DNA from: Eukaryota sp. TZLM1-RC
Taxonomy: Eukaryota > Protista > Metamonada: BaSk clade
Length of the DNA: 64,000 nucleotides
Reading direction: 5' to 3'
Assembly: GCA_040285825.1 (NCBI GenBank)
Contig: JAUPSS010000007.1
Span: 2,888,689 to 2,952,688 of the forward strand
The notes beneath the pieces were generated by a model. The model was not told where the DNA came from. It made no database searches and worked only from the letters and a program-made list of their open reading frames with translations. Shown here piece after piece: positions 45,450 to 58,616 of the stretch. The position numbers and the translations under genes are program-made. The first letter of the stretch is position 1. Every line of letters starts with the position of its first letter.

Positions 45450-48100
45450 ATTCAATTTATTGAATTTGCACACTTGATTAAATTAAATCATAACTAATGG
45501 GACGACTATCATTAAACCAAAATTTCCTCTACAAAATCTTGATTTGCTTGCTGTCTAGCTAAAGCTTCTCTAATTCGATTGAAAAACCGCGGTAATCTAT
45601 TAATAATGGCAAATTGAATCCGTGAACGCCATAGAAAAATATCAAATCTTTTCATTGTTCTTTCTTTCACCATTTTTTGGAAGTCATCCAAAAAAGTTTC
45701 TGCTTCAACTGATAATCTTCCATTTATCGAAAATGGGAAAGCAATAAAAACCAGCTGTGTATTTCTATCGACATTTGCATCTTCAATTTCTTTATCATAT
45801 TTTCTATGTTTTTCTTTTGCTTTAAAATCCAGAGCAGCCACAGGATTAAGTTTTCTTCTGTGAACCAAAGTATCGTTTGCAACATTACATGAGACAAAGT
45901 CAACAATAGCTTCAGAATTATCAATCCAATCACAGTATACATCACCTCTATCATCAGAACCAAAATTATTCAGAGAAAGTGTTTCCTTCAGCAGGGGCTC
46001 TTTGATACACGATATCCTTGCAGTTTGTGCCATATTGAAAACAGTGTCTCTAACAGCATCATGTAATGAAGAACGATAAGTTATCAATTTAGAGCAATTT
46101 AGAGCATGGCGCAAAGTGAGTTGAGGTGAATTCGAACAAATACATTTTTCTTTTGATAATAATTGGTTAATGGGGATGTTCAAATATAATCTCATTTTTG
46201 TTACAAATGCTTCATTAGTGGCACACAATCCAAATCTTCGTGGTACAATGGTTACAAAAAGTGAAGAATCTGACGCCTTGTTTTCACAAACACCCTTTTC
46301 CAATAACAATGAGTGAAGATCTTGATTTAAAACAGCGGAGCTGCAAATATTATTATAAAGATCTTTTTCATACATTCCAGTCAATCTTTTCTGTAATGTT
46401 CGATCAGTGTACTTCAAATTTAATACATTTTTTTCTGGAATATTGCCATTGAATGATTGGGGAAAACATCGACCCCATTTTTCTACATCAATTCTTGAAA
46501 TTTCTTCATTTAATGCAAAAACAGTGGAACTTTGCGTTGTCATCAATAAATCTTCCCAATCTGCAAATCTTTCGGAAAACTCAAAGATTGCATTTCTGCA
46601 TCCACCAACAAAAGCACACGAGGTAAGAATAGAAGCCTTCGTCCACCCTAAACCACCATAATGTGGACTAAGGTAAGCATGATCTGGAATTTGAAACATT
46701 TTACATCCCAGTAATTGAGACAGAACTTTTGCACGTAACTCATTAAACTTTTTGAGCCAAAGGTCTAGTGACGAGAGGATTTGTAGATCGAAATATATGA
46801 TTAAAATTGGAACTAAAACACAGTCTTATAATGGTAAATTTGATGTGTTTTTTTATATCTAAATTCATCATTCGGTCAATTTTGTCAGAAATTGAGTTCA
46901 ACTTTTCAAACAATTTTTTGGTAATTTCATCATTATTTCCTAAAAACGAACCCAAATGACGAATAGCATCAATTGAATATAATTTGGCTTGAATTTCAAT
47001 ATCATCAATTATTGTGGAAACTGGAGAATTCGATAACAAAACACATTTAAGTAAATTAAGTCGGAGACCAATTTTGGTAAATAATTCTTTAAAACATACA
47101 GTTGCTTTTTTCACAATATTTAAATCACCAATAAGCACAACATCATCCATATATGCAATCATTTTTAGTGAAGGAAACATCTCTTGAATTTGCAGTAGAA
47201 TAGGATGGATGGCCAAACAAAACAAAAGAGGTCCTAACGGATCTCCTTGCTTTACGCCACTTGATGAACTCAAAATATTGTTACCAAAATGTAAATTAGA
47301 ATATGTGCAATAAGTTGATTGAAAATATGGTATTAATTCCGGCATATATTGCAATAGAGCACCATGGATACTGCGACGACTTAGTGAATTGAAAGCATTA
47401 CTAAAATCCAATGACATGCAAACATTGAATTCATTTTGACGAAATAAGACATCAGTAGCAAAAATCGCTGAAGAGACTCCATCTGTAGTATTTATACCAT
47501 ATTGAAAGGGTAATAAAATCTTTTTAGCTTTTTCATTGAACCTGCTTAAGCAACACGCAGAAAAAATATTGTGTAAGCTCTCAGAGACTGCAATAGGACG
47601 AACATCCATTTTTGAATTTTTGACAAGTGCAGTCAAACGAGAACTTCTTAATTCTTCTGGGTATTTGCGTTGACCAGATAATATTTGGTTGAAAAATTTA
47701 GTCAATAATCCAAGGCAATCTTCTGAAGAAATAATCGCGGCTTTTACATGATCAATAGTAATGCCAGAAAGTCCGGCAGACTTACCACGAGGTCTCTTTT
47801 TGATAACCGAAAAAACTTCTGATGGCATCAATGGAAAATTTTCCCAGTATGTGCCGTAAAAATTTTGATCCATTATAGGATCTTCATAAGGATGAAGAAT
47901 TTTCAGTTTTTCTATTGTATTTTCATTGTTCGGTGCTTTAACTCCGGGACTTAAAGCTGACAAAGCCTTGGACCATTTGTTGTCAAAGCATTTGTCTTCA
48001 AAAATTTTACTTAATTTCTCGGATGACTGATTTCTCGGTGCTATATTAGTTAAATCTTCGGAAATATTAACGAAATTTTGTTCAAAAGGAGGACAAAAAG
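45450..48100 (-). mobile_element. Family B element, 5'-truncated (RT through RLE)
   Basis: ORFs 46743-47963 and 45512-46699 are near-identical to 21763-24279; one frameshift in a T-run. Confidence 0.93.
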
Positions 48101-48549
48101 AATCCTGTCATAAACTTGATCATAAAAAAAATTCTCAAAAGTGTGAAAATTATCAAAATCCATCTACTTCTTATTCTGTAACTGCCGCTGCTGCTGAATT
48201 AAATAATTTAGAATTTAATTTACCTCCCAAACATGAGTGCACTGCAGAAGACAATGATGTAATAATGTTAGATATTTGTCATGAAGCAAGTCAAATTGAT
48301 AATTGTGCTATTTGTAATGAAAAAGCTGAAAGATATATTTTAAAAAATAATTTATATGTATGCCATGTTTGCTCCTCGCTTGATACACTACGGCCTCCAT
48401 GTTAGATTCCGAATGTTCTCAGTCCCAAGGCTTCCGTTCCCTTTTCTGTTGCGTTTAGAACATTCAGTCTTGCTTTGAAAAAAGGAGAATGGGATGTTTT
48501 TTCTATTTGGAAATTCTTCCTTGAACAAAAATCAGATTCTCGTCCCAGA

Positions 48550-49489
48550 TTAGCTTTGAACCCATCTAAATGTCTCTTGATTGGTAGAGAGAAACAATCT
48601 TTGATGATTGGTGGAGCTCAGATTCCTTTTATCAATTATGACTAACAAGCTTTTAAGTTTCTTGGATGTTGGCTTGGCAATTTGGATGAAATTTATTCCC
48701 AGTTAAACAATTTATTGGAGAAGTTTGACAAGGATCTTAGTTTTATTGCTGAATGTGACATTGAGAAACACATCAAATTTTTTATTTTAAAAATTTGTTA
48801 TTCTGGAAAATTCACTCATATTTTAAGGTCAACTCCCCCATCGGTATCTCTCAATTTTTGCAGATCTTTTAACAAACTTCGAGTCAAATTTTTTTCTTCT
48901 TTATTAGAAGTAAATGAATCTTTAATTCGAAGTCATGTATTTTGTTCAGCAGATTTGGGTGGAATTGGATTCACCAAATCTTCGATTCTGTGTAAAGCAG
49001 CATTTTTGGAAGGTGGTAAAAATTTTGTTTTTGAATTTTTCCAAAGGTTCCCTTTTGATGTTCATCTGATCAATGGTGAATCAAATTTTTACTTGAATCA
49101 ACTGCAATTTGAATCAGAAAATTTGCCTAGTGATATCTGGATTCAGTGTTTTCCTCAAAATGTTCAAGAAATTCCCACCCGATCACTTCCAAATTTACGT
49201 TTTTGCTTGAAAAAGCTTCAGCACCATATGGTTAAATTATATGAAGGCTTGGATTATGAAGTAAGACTTGGCTTGGCCAAAACTAAAAATCCCGCTTTCG
49301 GTAATTTTTTAAAGGATATTCGTGATAGTTCAGCTGCTGCTTTAGTAACTCAAGTTCCCTGTGTTTATGGACTTTTGTTAAAAAACAATGAATGGCTTCT
49401 AAACATGCGTTTTCGTTGTTTCCTGTGGCCAAACAATTTGCCCAATCATTTAACTTGTAAATGTGGTAAACCTCTTTTGTTTACTCATC
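48550..49489 (+). mobile_element. Family C internal fragment (start of the duplicated composite block)
   Basis: ORF 48682-49518; near-identical to 56247-57187. Confidence 0.88.
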
Positions 49490-50205
49490 TTTTTTTTATG
49501 GACTTTTTTTTTTATTAAATGAGCTAAATACTACAACAATTCAGAAATTCCTCATCCAACTACTCCACTACTAGTAGTCAATATTCCAAAAAGACACTGA
49601 ACAACCAGCACAAAACCAAAAAGTACATGATTGACATTACTAAGCGGCCGTCTGGGATGCTCCAAGAGCGTTTGAAAGGCGACAGCAGGCTTTTCATCAC
49701 ACATACGATAGTTAAAACAAGCAACAACATCCAATAAGAAGAGTAAGAATTCTATCTCAAGAACAACTAACCAAACCTTCAGTAAACAGATCACAAACTT
49801 TCTACTTCCATTAGTAAGCGGCCGTCTGAGAAGCTCCAAGAGCGGTTTAAAGGCGACAGCAGGCTTTTCATCACACATACGATAGTTAGTTTGGAACAGG
49901 TATGTCTTCTTTTTTGCACTTTTTCAGGCGTAATATCAGGGGCATCACACAAAGGCAAAAAATCTTTTTTAAAAATTTTCAAATTTTTTTGAGAAGAATT
50001 TCGAGCATAGCTTGAAGGGTGGGGAGAGTGGAGAAGTGAAGGGGATGAGCTTGATTTGATGGATAGAATCTTTGCTTGGGCGTTCCAATCAGTATCAGAG
50101 TCACTATCAGTCAATGGCATCGTTTTGGCCAAGACACAGTACAACTTGGACGCCGTGACAGAAAGTGAAATATGAGAGGGTTGACCAGGGGAGGGAGAAA
50201 AAAAA
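49490..50205 (-). mobile_element. Chimera: CRE leader/N-terminus (50205-49890) joined to the 3' part of the non-autonomous element (49889-49490)
   Basis: Junction cctgttccaaa|ctaactatcg. The same chimera occurs at 57188-57901; the uninterrupted leader element is at 61209. Confidence 0.85.
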
Positions 50206-50704
50206 TATGGAATCAAAACCATAGATGGAGCTTCAGTTGCAGCTTTGACATCTGATCTGTTTTTCAATTGTCACGAAAATAGTTGCGTTTTTAATCTTGA
50301 TTTCAAAAATGCTTTCAATTCAGTGAAAAGTGATTCAATTTGGAAAGAAATCAAATCAAATTTTCCTGAACTCGAAACCTTTTCTTATAGGTTTTATGGT
50401 AATTCATCTGATTTAATTTTTAATTCCTTTAATCTGGATTCTTTATCAGGAGTTAAACAAGGAGACCCTTTAGGTCCTTTCTTTTTTTGTCTTGCAATTC
50501 ACCCAATTTTGAAAAAATTAAAAGAAGAAAATTCTGACCTTCAAGTGGTAGCTTACATGGATGACATTTCTTGTATTGGTCCAGAAAGTACAATTAATAG
50601 GGTTGCTAATGAAGCTGCTACATTATACCAATCCATTGGTCTTGATTTGAATGTTCAAAAATGTTTTTGTATTTCTAGAAAAAATGTTAAGTTAATAATT
50701 AATT

Positions 50705-52169
50705 GACAAGGATCTTAGTTTTATTGCTGAATGTGACATTGAGAAACACATCAAATTTTTTATTTTAAAAATTTGTTATTCTGGAAAATTCACTCATATC
50801 TTAAGGTCAACTCCCCCTTCGGTATCTCTCAATTTTTGCAGATCTTTTAACAAACTTCGAGTCAAATTTTTTTCTTCTTTATTAGAAGTAAATGAATCTT
50901 TGATTCGAAGTCATGTATTTTGTTCAGCAGATTTGGGTGGAATTGGATTCACCAAATCTTCGATTCTGTGTAAAGCAGCATTTTTGGGAGGTGGTAAAAA
51001 TTTTGTTTTTGAATTTTTCCAAAGGTTCCCTTTTGATGTTCATCTGATCAATGGTGAATCAAATTTTTACTTGAATCAACTGCAATTTGAATTAGGAAAT
51101 TTGCCTAGTGATATCTGGATTCAGTGTTTTCCTCAAAATGTTCAAGAAATTCCCATTCGATCACTTCCAAATTTACGTTTTTGCTTGAAAAAGCTTCAAC
51201 ACCATCTGGTTAAATTATATGAAGGCTTGGATTATGAAGTAAGACTTGGCTTGGCCAAAACTAAAAATCCCGCTTTCGGTAATTTTTTAAAGGATATTCG
51301 TGATAGTTCAGCTGCTGCTTTAGTAACTCAAGTTCCCTCTGTTTATGGACTTTTGTTAAAAGACAATGAATGGCTTCTAAACATGCGTTTTCGTTGTTTT
51401 CTGTGGCCAAACAATTTGCCCAATTATATAACTTGTAAATGTGGTAAACCTCTTTTGTTTACTCATCTTTTGAACTGTAAACATTTCATTACGTTTAGAA
51501 GCAAAGTGCATAATAACGTCAGGGACCAAATTTATGTAATGTGCAAATCATATCGTGTAGATTCCTTTTTAGAACCGCTGTTATCAAAATTAATTCTTGA
51601 TGATCCCAATATTGATAGTACGCGTTACAACAGAGCTTCTATGGGTCTGACTAGAGGTGATCTAGTTGTTCCTGGTTTAAATGGTAGTTTTACTATTTTG
51701 GACGCCATGTCTATTGACCCTTGTAATTCCTCTAACGAACATTTCATTAACTCGGATGTAAATAATCCTCTTCTTGCAGGCGAAAAATATAAAATTGCTA
51801 AATATGCGAAACCCATTTCCTCGGTAAATGAAAATTCTCATGCCCAATATAATTTGTGTCCATTTGTTTTTTCTTTGCTTGGATCTCTAGGTAAGGCTGC
51901 TATGGCTTTCCTTGAGGATTTTGTTGTAGTTGTAAAGGAAAGAACTGGAAGAATTTTCAATCGTGTTTACTGGCAAAACAGGATTGTATTTTCTATTTTT
52001 AAGGGAATGGTAACACTAATTTCTGATTCACTATCTTCTTTTGGGAAATTTTCTGAATCTTTAGCGATTAATTGTTTTGATGTAGGGGAGGCAGGTTTTG
52101 AGGATGTGGAGTTTTAATTGTGTATTTCATATTTGTTGTTGAATAAAAATAAATTATTGATGTAAAAAA
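50705..52169 (+). mobile_element. 5'-truncated family C element with 14-16-bp TSD
   Basis: TSD aagttaataattaatt at 50689-50704 and 52170-52185. The empty site is present at 58385-58400. Confidence 0.93.
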
Positions 52170-53556
52170 AAGTTAATAATTAATTCCCTCGAAGTTCCAT
52201 ATATTGATTATACTTCAACTAGTTTCTGCTTTCTTGGTTGCTATTTAGGTTCCGCCGAAAAGACACTTGATAACCTTGAAAATTATTTAAATTCAATTAG
52301 AAAAGAGCTAGAAGTCATAAAGACTCTTGAATTGGAAAAACATCTTAAGTTTTTTCTTTTGAAAATTTGTTATGCTGGAAAAATTACTCTTTTACTGCGA
52401 TCATTACCTCCATCCCTAACTTACAATTTTTGTAGACAATTTAACAAAATACGTACTCAATTTTTGGCTTATTTAATGTCTGTTGATCCATCAATTTTGA
52501 AAAATCATATTTTTTCTGATGTTCAACTTGGCGGTGTTGGATTCAATTCATCAAAATATTTGACCAAAGCTGCATTTATTGGTGGTGGAAAAAATTTTGT
52601 ATTTGAATTCTCTAGAAGATATCCTTTTGCCGAAAATCTTCTTGAAAATACAAATAGCCTATTCCTGGATAACTTAAGAGAAAAAATATCCAGTTTATCT
52701 CCCGACTTATGGCAATCATGTTTCCCCATATCCATTCAAGAAATTCCAGACAGAAGTTTATATTCATTAAAATTTGCGTTGAAAAAGCTCCAACGACATC
52801 TTTTGAAAAATTTTGAAAACAAGGATTTTATTGTTCGACTTAGCACGGCTAAGAAAGAAAAATCCTGCTTTTGCCAATTTTTTTGATTGATTTGAAGGAC
52901 AGTTCATCTGCAGTTTTGATAAATCAAATTCCCCAGATTTATGGTCTATTTTTGAATGACGACCAATGGACCACTGCTGTGAGAATGCGTTGTTATTTAT
53001 GGCCTTGTAATTTGCCCAATGATTTGTTTTGTAAATGTGGAGCTGGTTTGACATTATCACATTTATTTAATTGTAATAGATATATTTCCTATCGTTCTAC
53101 GTTGCATGATGCAGTCAGAGATCAAATCCATGCAATGTGTAATTCCTATCATATTGAATCTTTTGTGGAACCTTTGTTGAGGTCTCTTGATATAAATGAA
53201 AGCGTAAGAGATTCAGAATATGGAAAACGACGTGCTGATGTTGTTGTGCCCTCGTTTGATGATGTCATGAATGTTGTTGATGTCGTAACAGTGGATGTTT
53301 GCAAGAAAAATGCCTTGAAAAATGCTCAATCCGAAGTATCCCCCCTTGATGACTCCGAATTGTACAAACGGAAAAAGTATGCAAATCCTTTAAAAGAATT
53401 GAAACATGTTCGCCATTTAGATTACCAAATTTTCCCATTTGCTATATCGTTGTATGGTCGTTTTGGAAAAACCGCTTTGAATTTTATTGATGATTTTGAA
53501 AATCTTGTGAAAAGAAGAATGAATAAGCGTTTTGATCGTCGCTTGCGGCTAAATCG

Positions 53557-55163
53557 ATTAGGATTTATTCCAAGAATGCAAATAAGATTACTATAAACAA
53601 CAACAATGCAAAGCAATATTCTAGATAAGTGATCACTGACAAAATGAAGGTAGATTCTCACTATTTACGGGTTCATGAGCACGTACATTGTGAAACTCAG
53701 TGATACTTAAAAGTATTGAGTTAAAATAACGCGGTAGAGCCTTAAAGAGTGAGAAAACAATTCTGTTCTTCCAAATAAGTTGATCAAAAGAACGTCCTGA
53801 GTCTTTTAAGAAACTGCCTAAATCATTTAAGAAAGATAGTCCTTCCCTGACTAAAGTACCAAAAATAGAAATTCCAATTGGAACAAAAACGATGTTTCTG
53901 CCACGTTGTTTGTTCAAACGTACAAGTAAATCATTGTACTTCGAGTGCTGGCTCCTTTCCGCATTCTTGAGGGTTGATTCAATGTCGGAAGACGAAGACA
54001 ACTTCCAAGGAGAAACAGTTGTACAATCAATAATTAATTCCTGGCCGCTACGCCAAGCACATTGAATATCACCTCTTTTTTGACTTTGAGCAAGCTGCAT
54101 TTCATCAAAAACTGGTTCCAGTCGTACTGGATGATGGGCACTCTTCAACAAATCATAAATGCAATCGTCAACGGCATTGTGAATAATCGACCTCTTCTGA
54201 GTGAACTTCCTACAAGATAAGACATGAGTATAGGAAGCAACTGCTCCACATTTACAACGAATATTTGTTAAACATTGAGGGGGAGGTAAGTTCAAACGTA
54301 GTCTCATAATTGTTAAAAACTGGGAATCGGAAAGCAACAGACCAAAACGGCGAGGTACTTGGGTTATTAGGCAAGATGCACTGTTGATAAAAGAACCCTT
54401 ATCGCAAAGAGAGGATAGAAATGTTGCAAAGGATGAATCACCTGAATTGTTAGCCAAGCTAATTTGTTCTTCTAGTGATTCAGCTTCGAGAGCATTAATC
54501 AACTTCTTTTGCAGTTTAGGGACAGTTCTCAAAAAATTACTTAAATCTTTAACTTCAACAGAGGCACGATCAACTGTAGAAGCAAACATTGAAAACCAGA
54601 GTTTATCAGAGCAGTTATCAAGGAATATTTTGACAAAGAGAGCAGCACTTGAGTTAGAATTAGTGACTAAATCAATCCAGCTATTAGGGAATCGTACAGA
54701 TAATTCAAACAAGAAATTCTGGATGCCTCCCAAGAACGCAGCATTTGTCAAGATGGATGAACGAGTCAAACCACCACCACCATACGAATGTGACCTGAAA
54801 CAGTGAAGTGGAATATCCTTAATGTTCTTAACACTAAGTAAGTCAACCAAAAAGTTGGTTCTTCGAGACAAAAACAATTTGATTTCAGGTGTGGTCAAAT
54901 CCGGTGGAATAGAGCGAATCAGGTGATGTACTTTAGAACTGAAGCATAATTTATCCACATGGAATTTAATATGTTTTTTCAACGGCAAAGCCTGAATTTC
55001 ATCCAACTTAGCAGATGCACTTTCAATTTCCTTATGTAATGATCTACTAATGGCTGATTCATTTCCAATGAAAGTACCCAGTAATTCAATACAATCATTT
55101 TGATAATCCACAAAAGGAATTTCTTCATCGTTAAGCACAATTGAATGAAACTAAATCGTATAT
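53557..55163 (-). mobile_element. 5'-truncated family E element with 10-bp TSD
   Basis: 501-aa ORF 53633-55138 (CKC..HVLSC, KRGDI..IDCT..AE...H.KY). TSD ggctaaatcg at 53547-53556 and 55164-55173. Confidence 0.9.
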
Positions 55164-55484
55164 GGCTAAATCGTATTGTTTTTACTATTTTCAAATCAAT
55201 TCCTTAAATGATTTCGAAAGCTTTAATGTCTGTCAGTGCACATTATGAAAACATTGCTGCTGTAAGGTTTGATGGTGTGGAAGCTTGTTTTGAAGATATT
55301 GACTTTTAGACTGTGGTTTTGAAAATAAATTAAAATTAAATTAAAAAAATAAACTTCTGTCTGGAATTTCTTGAATGGATATGGGGAAACATGATTGCCA
55401 TAAGTCGGGAGATAAACTGGATATTTCTTCTCTTAAGTTATCCAGGAATAGGCGATTTGTATTTTCAAGAAGATTTTCGGCATA

Positions 55485-55975
55485 TTAATTTTATTCAAAA
55501 CCTATAAATCAACATCTAAAAAATCCATCTCTCCCAGAACAAAAACACTAGATGCAACTCTCTCATAGCGAGATCCAAGAGAAAGCAAAGCATCAGAAAC
55601 CATCTTCAGCATCCCCATAAAAATAGAAAACACAATTCTATTTTGCCAAAACAATCTGTTGAAATTTCTGCCAGTTCTTCTCTTTACAATCATTTCAAAA
55701 TCATCCAAAAAACGTAAAGCAGTAGGTGCAAGTGAACCAAAAAGGGAAAATACAAATGGATACAAATTGTATTTTGCATGCTGTAGACTGGCCAATTTGG
55801 ACAAAGGTTCGTTGTATTTTTTGAGTTTGAAATTTTCAGCATTTGAAAGGGGATTATGAATTTCAGAATTAACTAGCCTTACATTTGAGGCATTACAAGG
55901 ATCAACAGACATTACATCCAATAAAATGAAACTTCCATCTAATCCAGGTAATATAACATCACCTCTATTATTCTG
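55485..55975 (-). mobile_element. Family A 3' fragment
   Basis: ORF 55502-55987 is the RLE domain of family A. Confidence 0.88.
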
Positions 55976-55999
55976 AACTTTCTGCATATTTTTATTTAT

Positions 56000-58616
56000 T
56001 TTATGGAAAAAAATCAGACTTAATTTTTGACTTCTTTACCCTTGAATCTTCTTCTGGTGTGAAACAAGGTGATCCTCTTGGCCCTTTGCTGTTTTGTTTG
56101 GCTATTCATAATATTATTAAAATGACACAACAAGATTTCCCTGATTTGCGTATTGTTGCCTATATGGATGACATTTCTATTATTGGTTCTTTTGAAAGCA
56201 TTTCTAGGGTCTCTGAAAACATTGCGGCGAAATACAAAGAAATTGGATTAGCTTTGAACCCATCTAAATGTCTCATGATTGGTAGAGAAAAACAATCTTT
56301 GATGATTGGTGGAGCTCAGATTCCTTTTATCAATTATGACCAACAAGCTTTTAAGTTTCTTGGATGTTGGCTTGGCAATTTGGATGAAATTTATTCCCAG
56401 TTAAACAATTTATTGGAGAAGTTTGACAAGGATCTTAGTTTTATTGCTGAATGTGACATTGAGAAACACATCAAATTTTTTATTTTAAAAATTTGTTATT
56501 CTGGAAAATTCACTCATATTTTAAGGTCAACTCCCCTTCGGTATCTCTCAATTTTTGCAGATCTTTTAACAAACTTCGAGTCAAATTTTTTTCTTTTTTT
56601 ATTAGAAGTAAATGAATCTTTAATTCGAAGTCATGTATTTTGTTCAGCAGATTTGGGTGGCATTGGATTCACCAAATCTTCGATTCTGTGTAAAGCAGCA
56701 TTTTTGGGAGGTGGTAAAAATTTTGTTTTTGAATTTTTCCAAAGGTTCCCTTTTGATGTTCATCTGATCAATGGTGAATCAAATTTTTATTTGAATCAAC
56801 TTCAAATCGAATTAGATAATTTGCCTAGTGATATCTGGATTCAGTGTTTTCCTCAAAATGTTCAAGAAATTCCCACCCGATCACTTCCAAATTTACGTTT
56901 TTGCTTGAAAAAGCTTCAGCACCATCTGGTTAAATTATATGAAGGCTTGGATTATGAAGTAAGACTTGGCTTGGCCAAAACTAAAAATCCCGCTTTCGGT
57001 AATTTTTTAAAGGATATTCGTGATAGTTCAGCTGCTGCTTTAGTAACTCAAGTTCCCTCTGTTTATGGACTTTTGTTAAATAACAATGAATGGCTTCTAA
57101 ACATGCGTTTTCGTTGTTTTCTGTGGCCAAACAATTTGCCCAATCATTTAACTTGTAAATGTGGTAAACCTCTTTTGTTTACTCATCTTTTTTTTATGGA
57201 CTTTTTTTTTATTAAATGAGCTAAATACTACAACAATTCAGAAATTCCTCGTCCAACTACTCCACTACTTGTAGTCAATATTCCAAAAAGACACTGAACA
57301 ACCAGCACAAAACCAAAAAGTACATGATTGACATTACTAAGCGGCCGTCTGGGATGCTCCAAGAGCGTTTGAAAGGCGACAGCAGGCTTTTCATCACACA
57401 TACGATAGTTAAAACAAGCAACAACATCCAATAAGAAGAGTAAGAATTCTATCTCAAGAACAACTAACCAAACCTTCAGTAAACAGATCACAAACTTTCT
57501 ACTTCCATTAGTAAGCGGCCGTCTGAGAAGCTCCAAGAGCGGTTTAAAGGCGACAGCAGGCTTTTCATCACACATAAGATAGTTAGTTTGGAACAGGTAT
57601 GTCTTCTTTTTTGCACTTTTTCAGGCGTAATATCAAGGGCATCACACAAAGGCAAATAATCTTTTTTAAAAATTTTCAAATTTTTTGAGAAGAATTTCGA
57701 GCATAGCTTGAAGGGTGGGGAGAGTGGAGAAGTGAAGGGGATGAGCTTGATCTGATGGATAGAATCTTTGCTTGGGCGTTCCAATCAGTATCAGAGTCAC
57801 TATCAGTCAATGGCATCGTTTTGGCCAAGACACAGTACAACTTGGACGCCGTGACAGAAAGTGAAATATGAGAGGGTTGACCAGGGGAGGGAGAAAAAAA
57901 ATATGGAATCAAAACCATAGATGGAGCTTCAGTTGCAGCTTTGACATCTGATCTGTTTTTCAATTGTCACGAAAATAGTTGCATTTTTAATCTTGATTTC
58001 AAAAATGCTTTCAATTCAGTGAAAAGAGATTCAATTTGGAAAGAAATCAAATCAAATTTTCCTGAACTCGAAACCTTTTCTTATAGGTTTTATGGTAATT
58101 CATCTGATTTAATTTTTAATTCCTTTAATCTGGATTCTTTATCAGGAGTTAAACAAGGAGACCCTTTAGGTCCTTTCTTTTTTTGTCTTGCAATTCACCC
58201 AATTTTGAAAAAATTAAAAGAAGAAAATTCTGACCTTCAAGTGGTAGCTTACATGGATGACATTTCTTGTATTGGTCCAGAAAGTACAATTAATAGGGTT
58301 GCTAATGAAGCTGCTACATTATACCAATCCATTGGTCTTGATTTGAATGTTCAAAAATGTTTTTGTATTTCTAGAAAAAATGTTAAGTTAATAATTAATT
58401 CCCTCGAAGTTCCATATATTGATTATACTTCAACTAGTTTCTGCTTTCTTGGTTGCTATTTAGGTTCCGCCGAAAAGACACTTGATAACCTTGAAAATTA
58501 TTTAAATTCAATTAGAAAAGAGCTAGAAGTCATAAAGACCCTTGAATTGGAAAAACATTTTAAGTTTTTTCTTTTGAAAATTTGTTATGCTGGAAAAATT
58601 ACTCATTTACTGCGAT
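56000..58616 (+). repeat. Direct copy of the composite block (C, non-autonomous element, leader, D RT), without the C insertion
   Basis: 56247-58400 matches 48550-50704, and 58400-58616 matches 52186-52400. Confidence 0.9.

Larger units (their letters stand above)
50206..55348 (+). mobile_element. Family D element (RT to poly(A)) carrying two nested insertions
   Basis: Segments 50206-50704, 52186-53556 and 55174-55348 rejoin into a continuous D element. Confidence 0.88.
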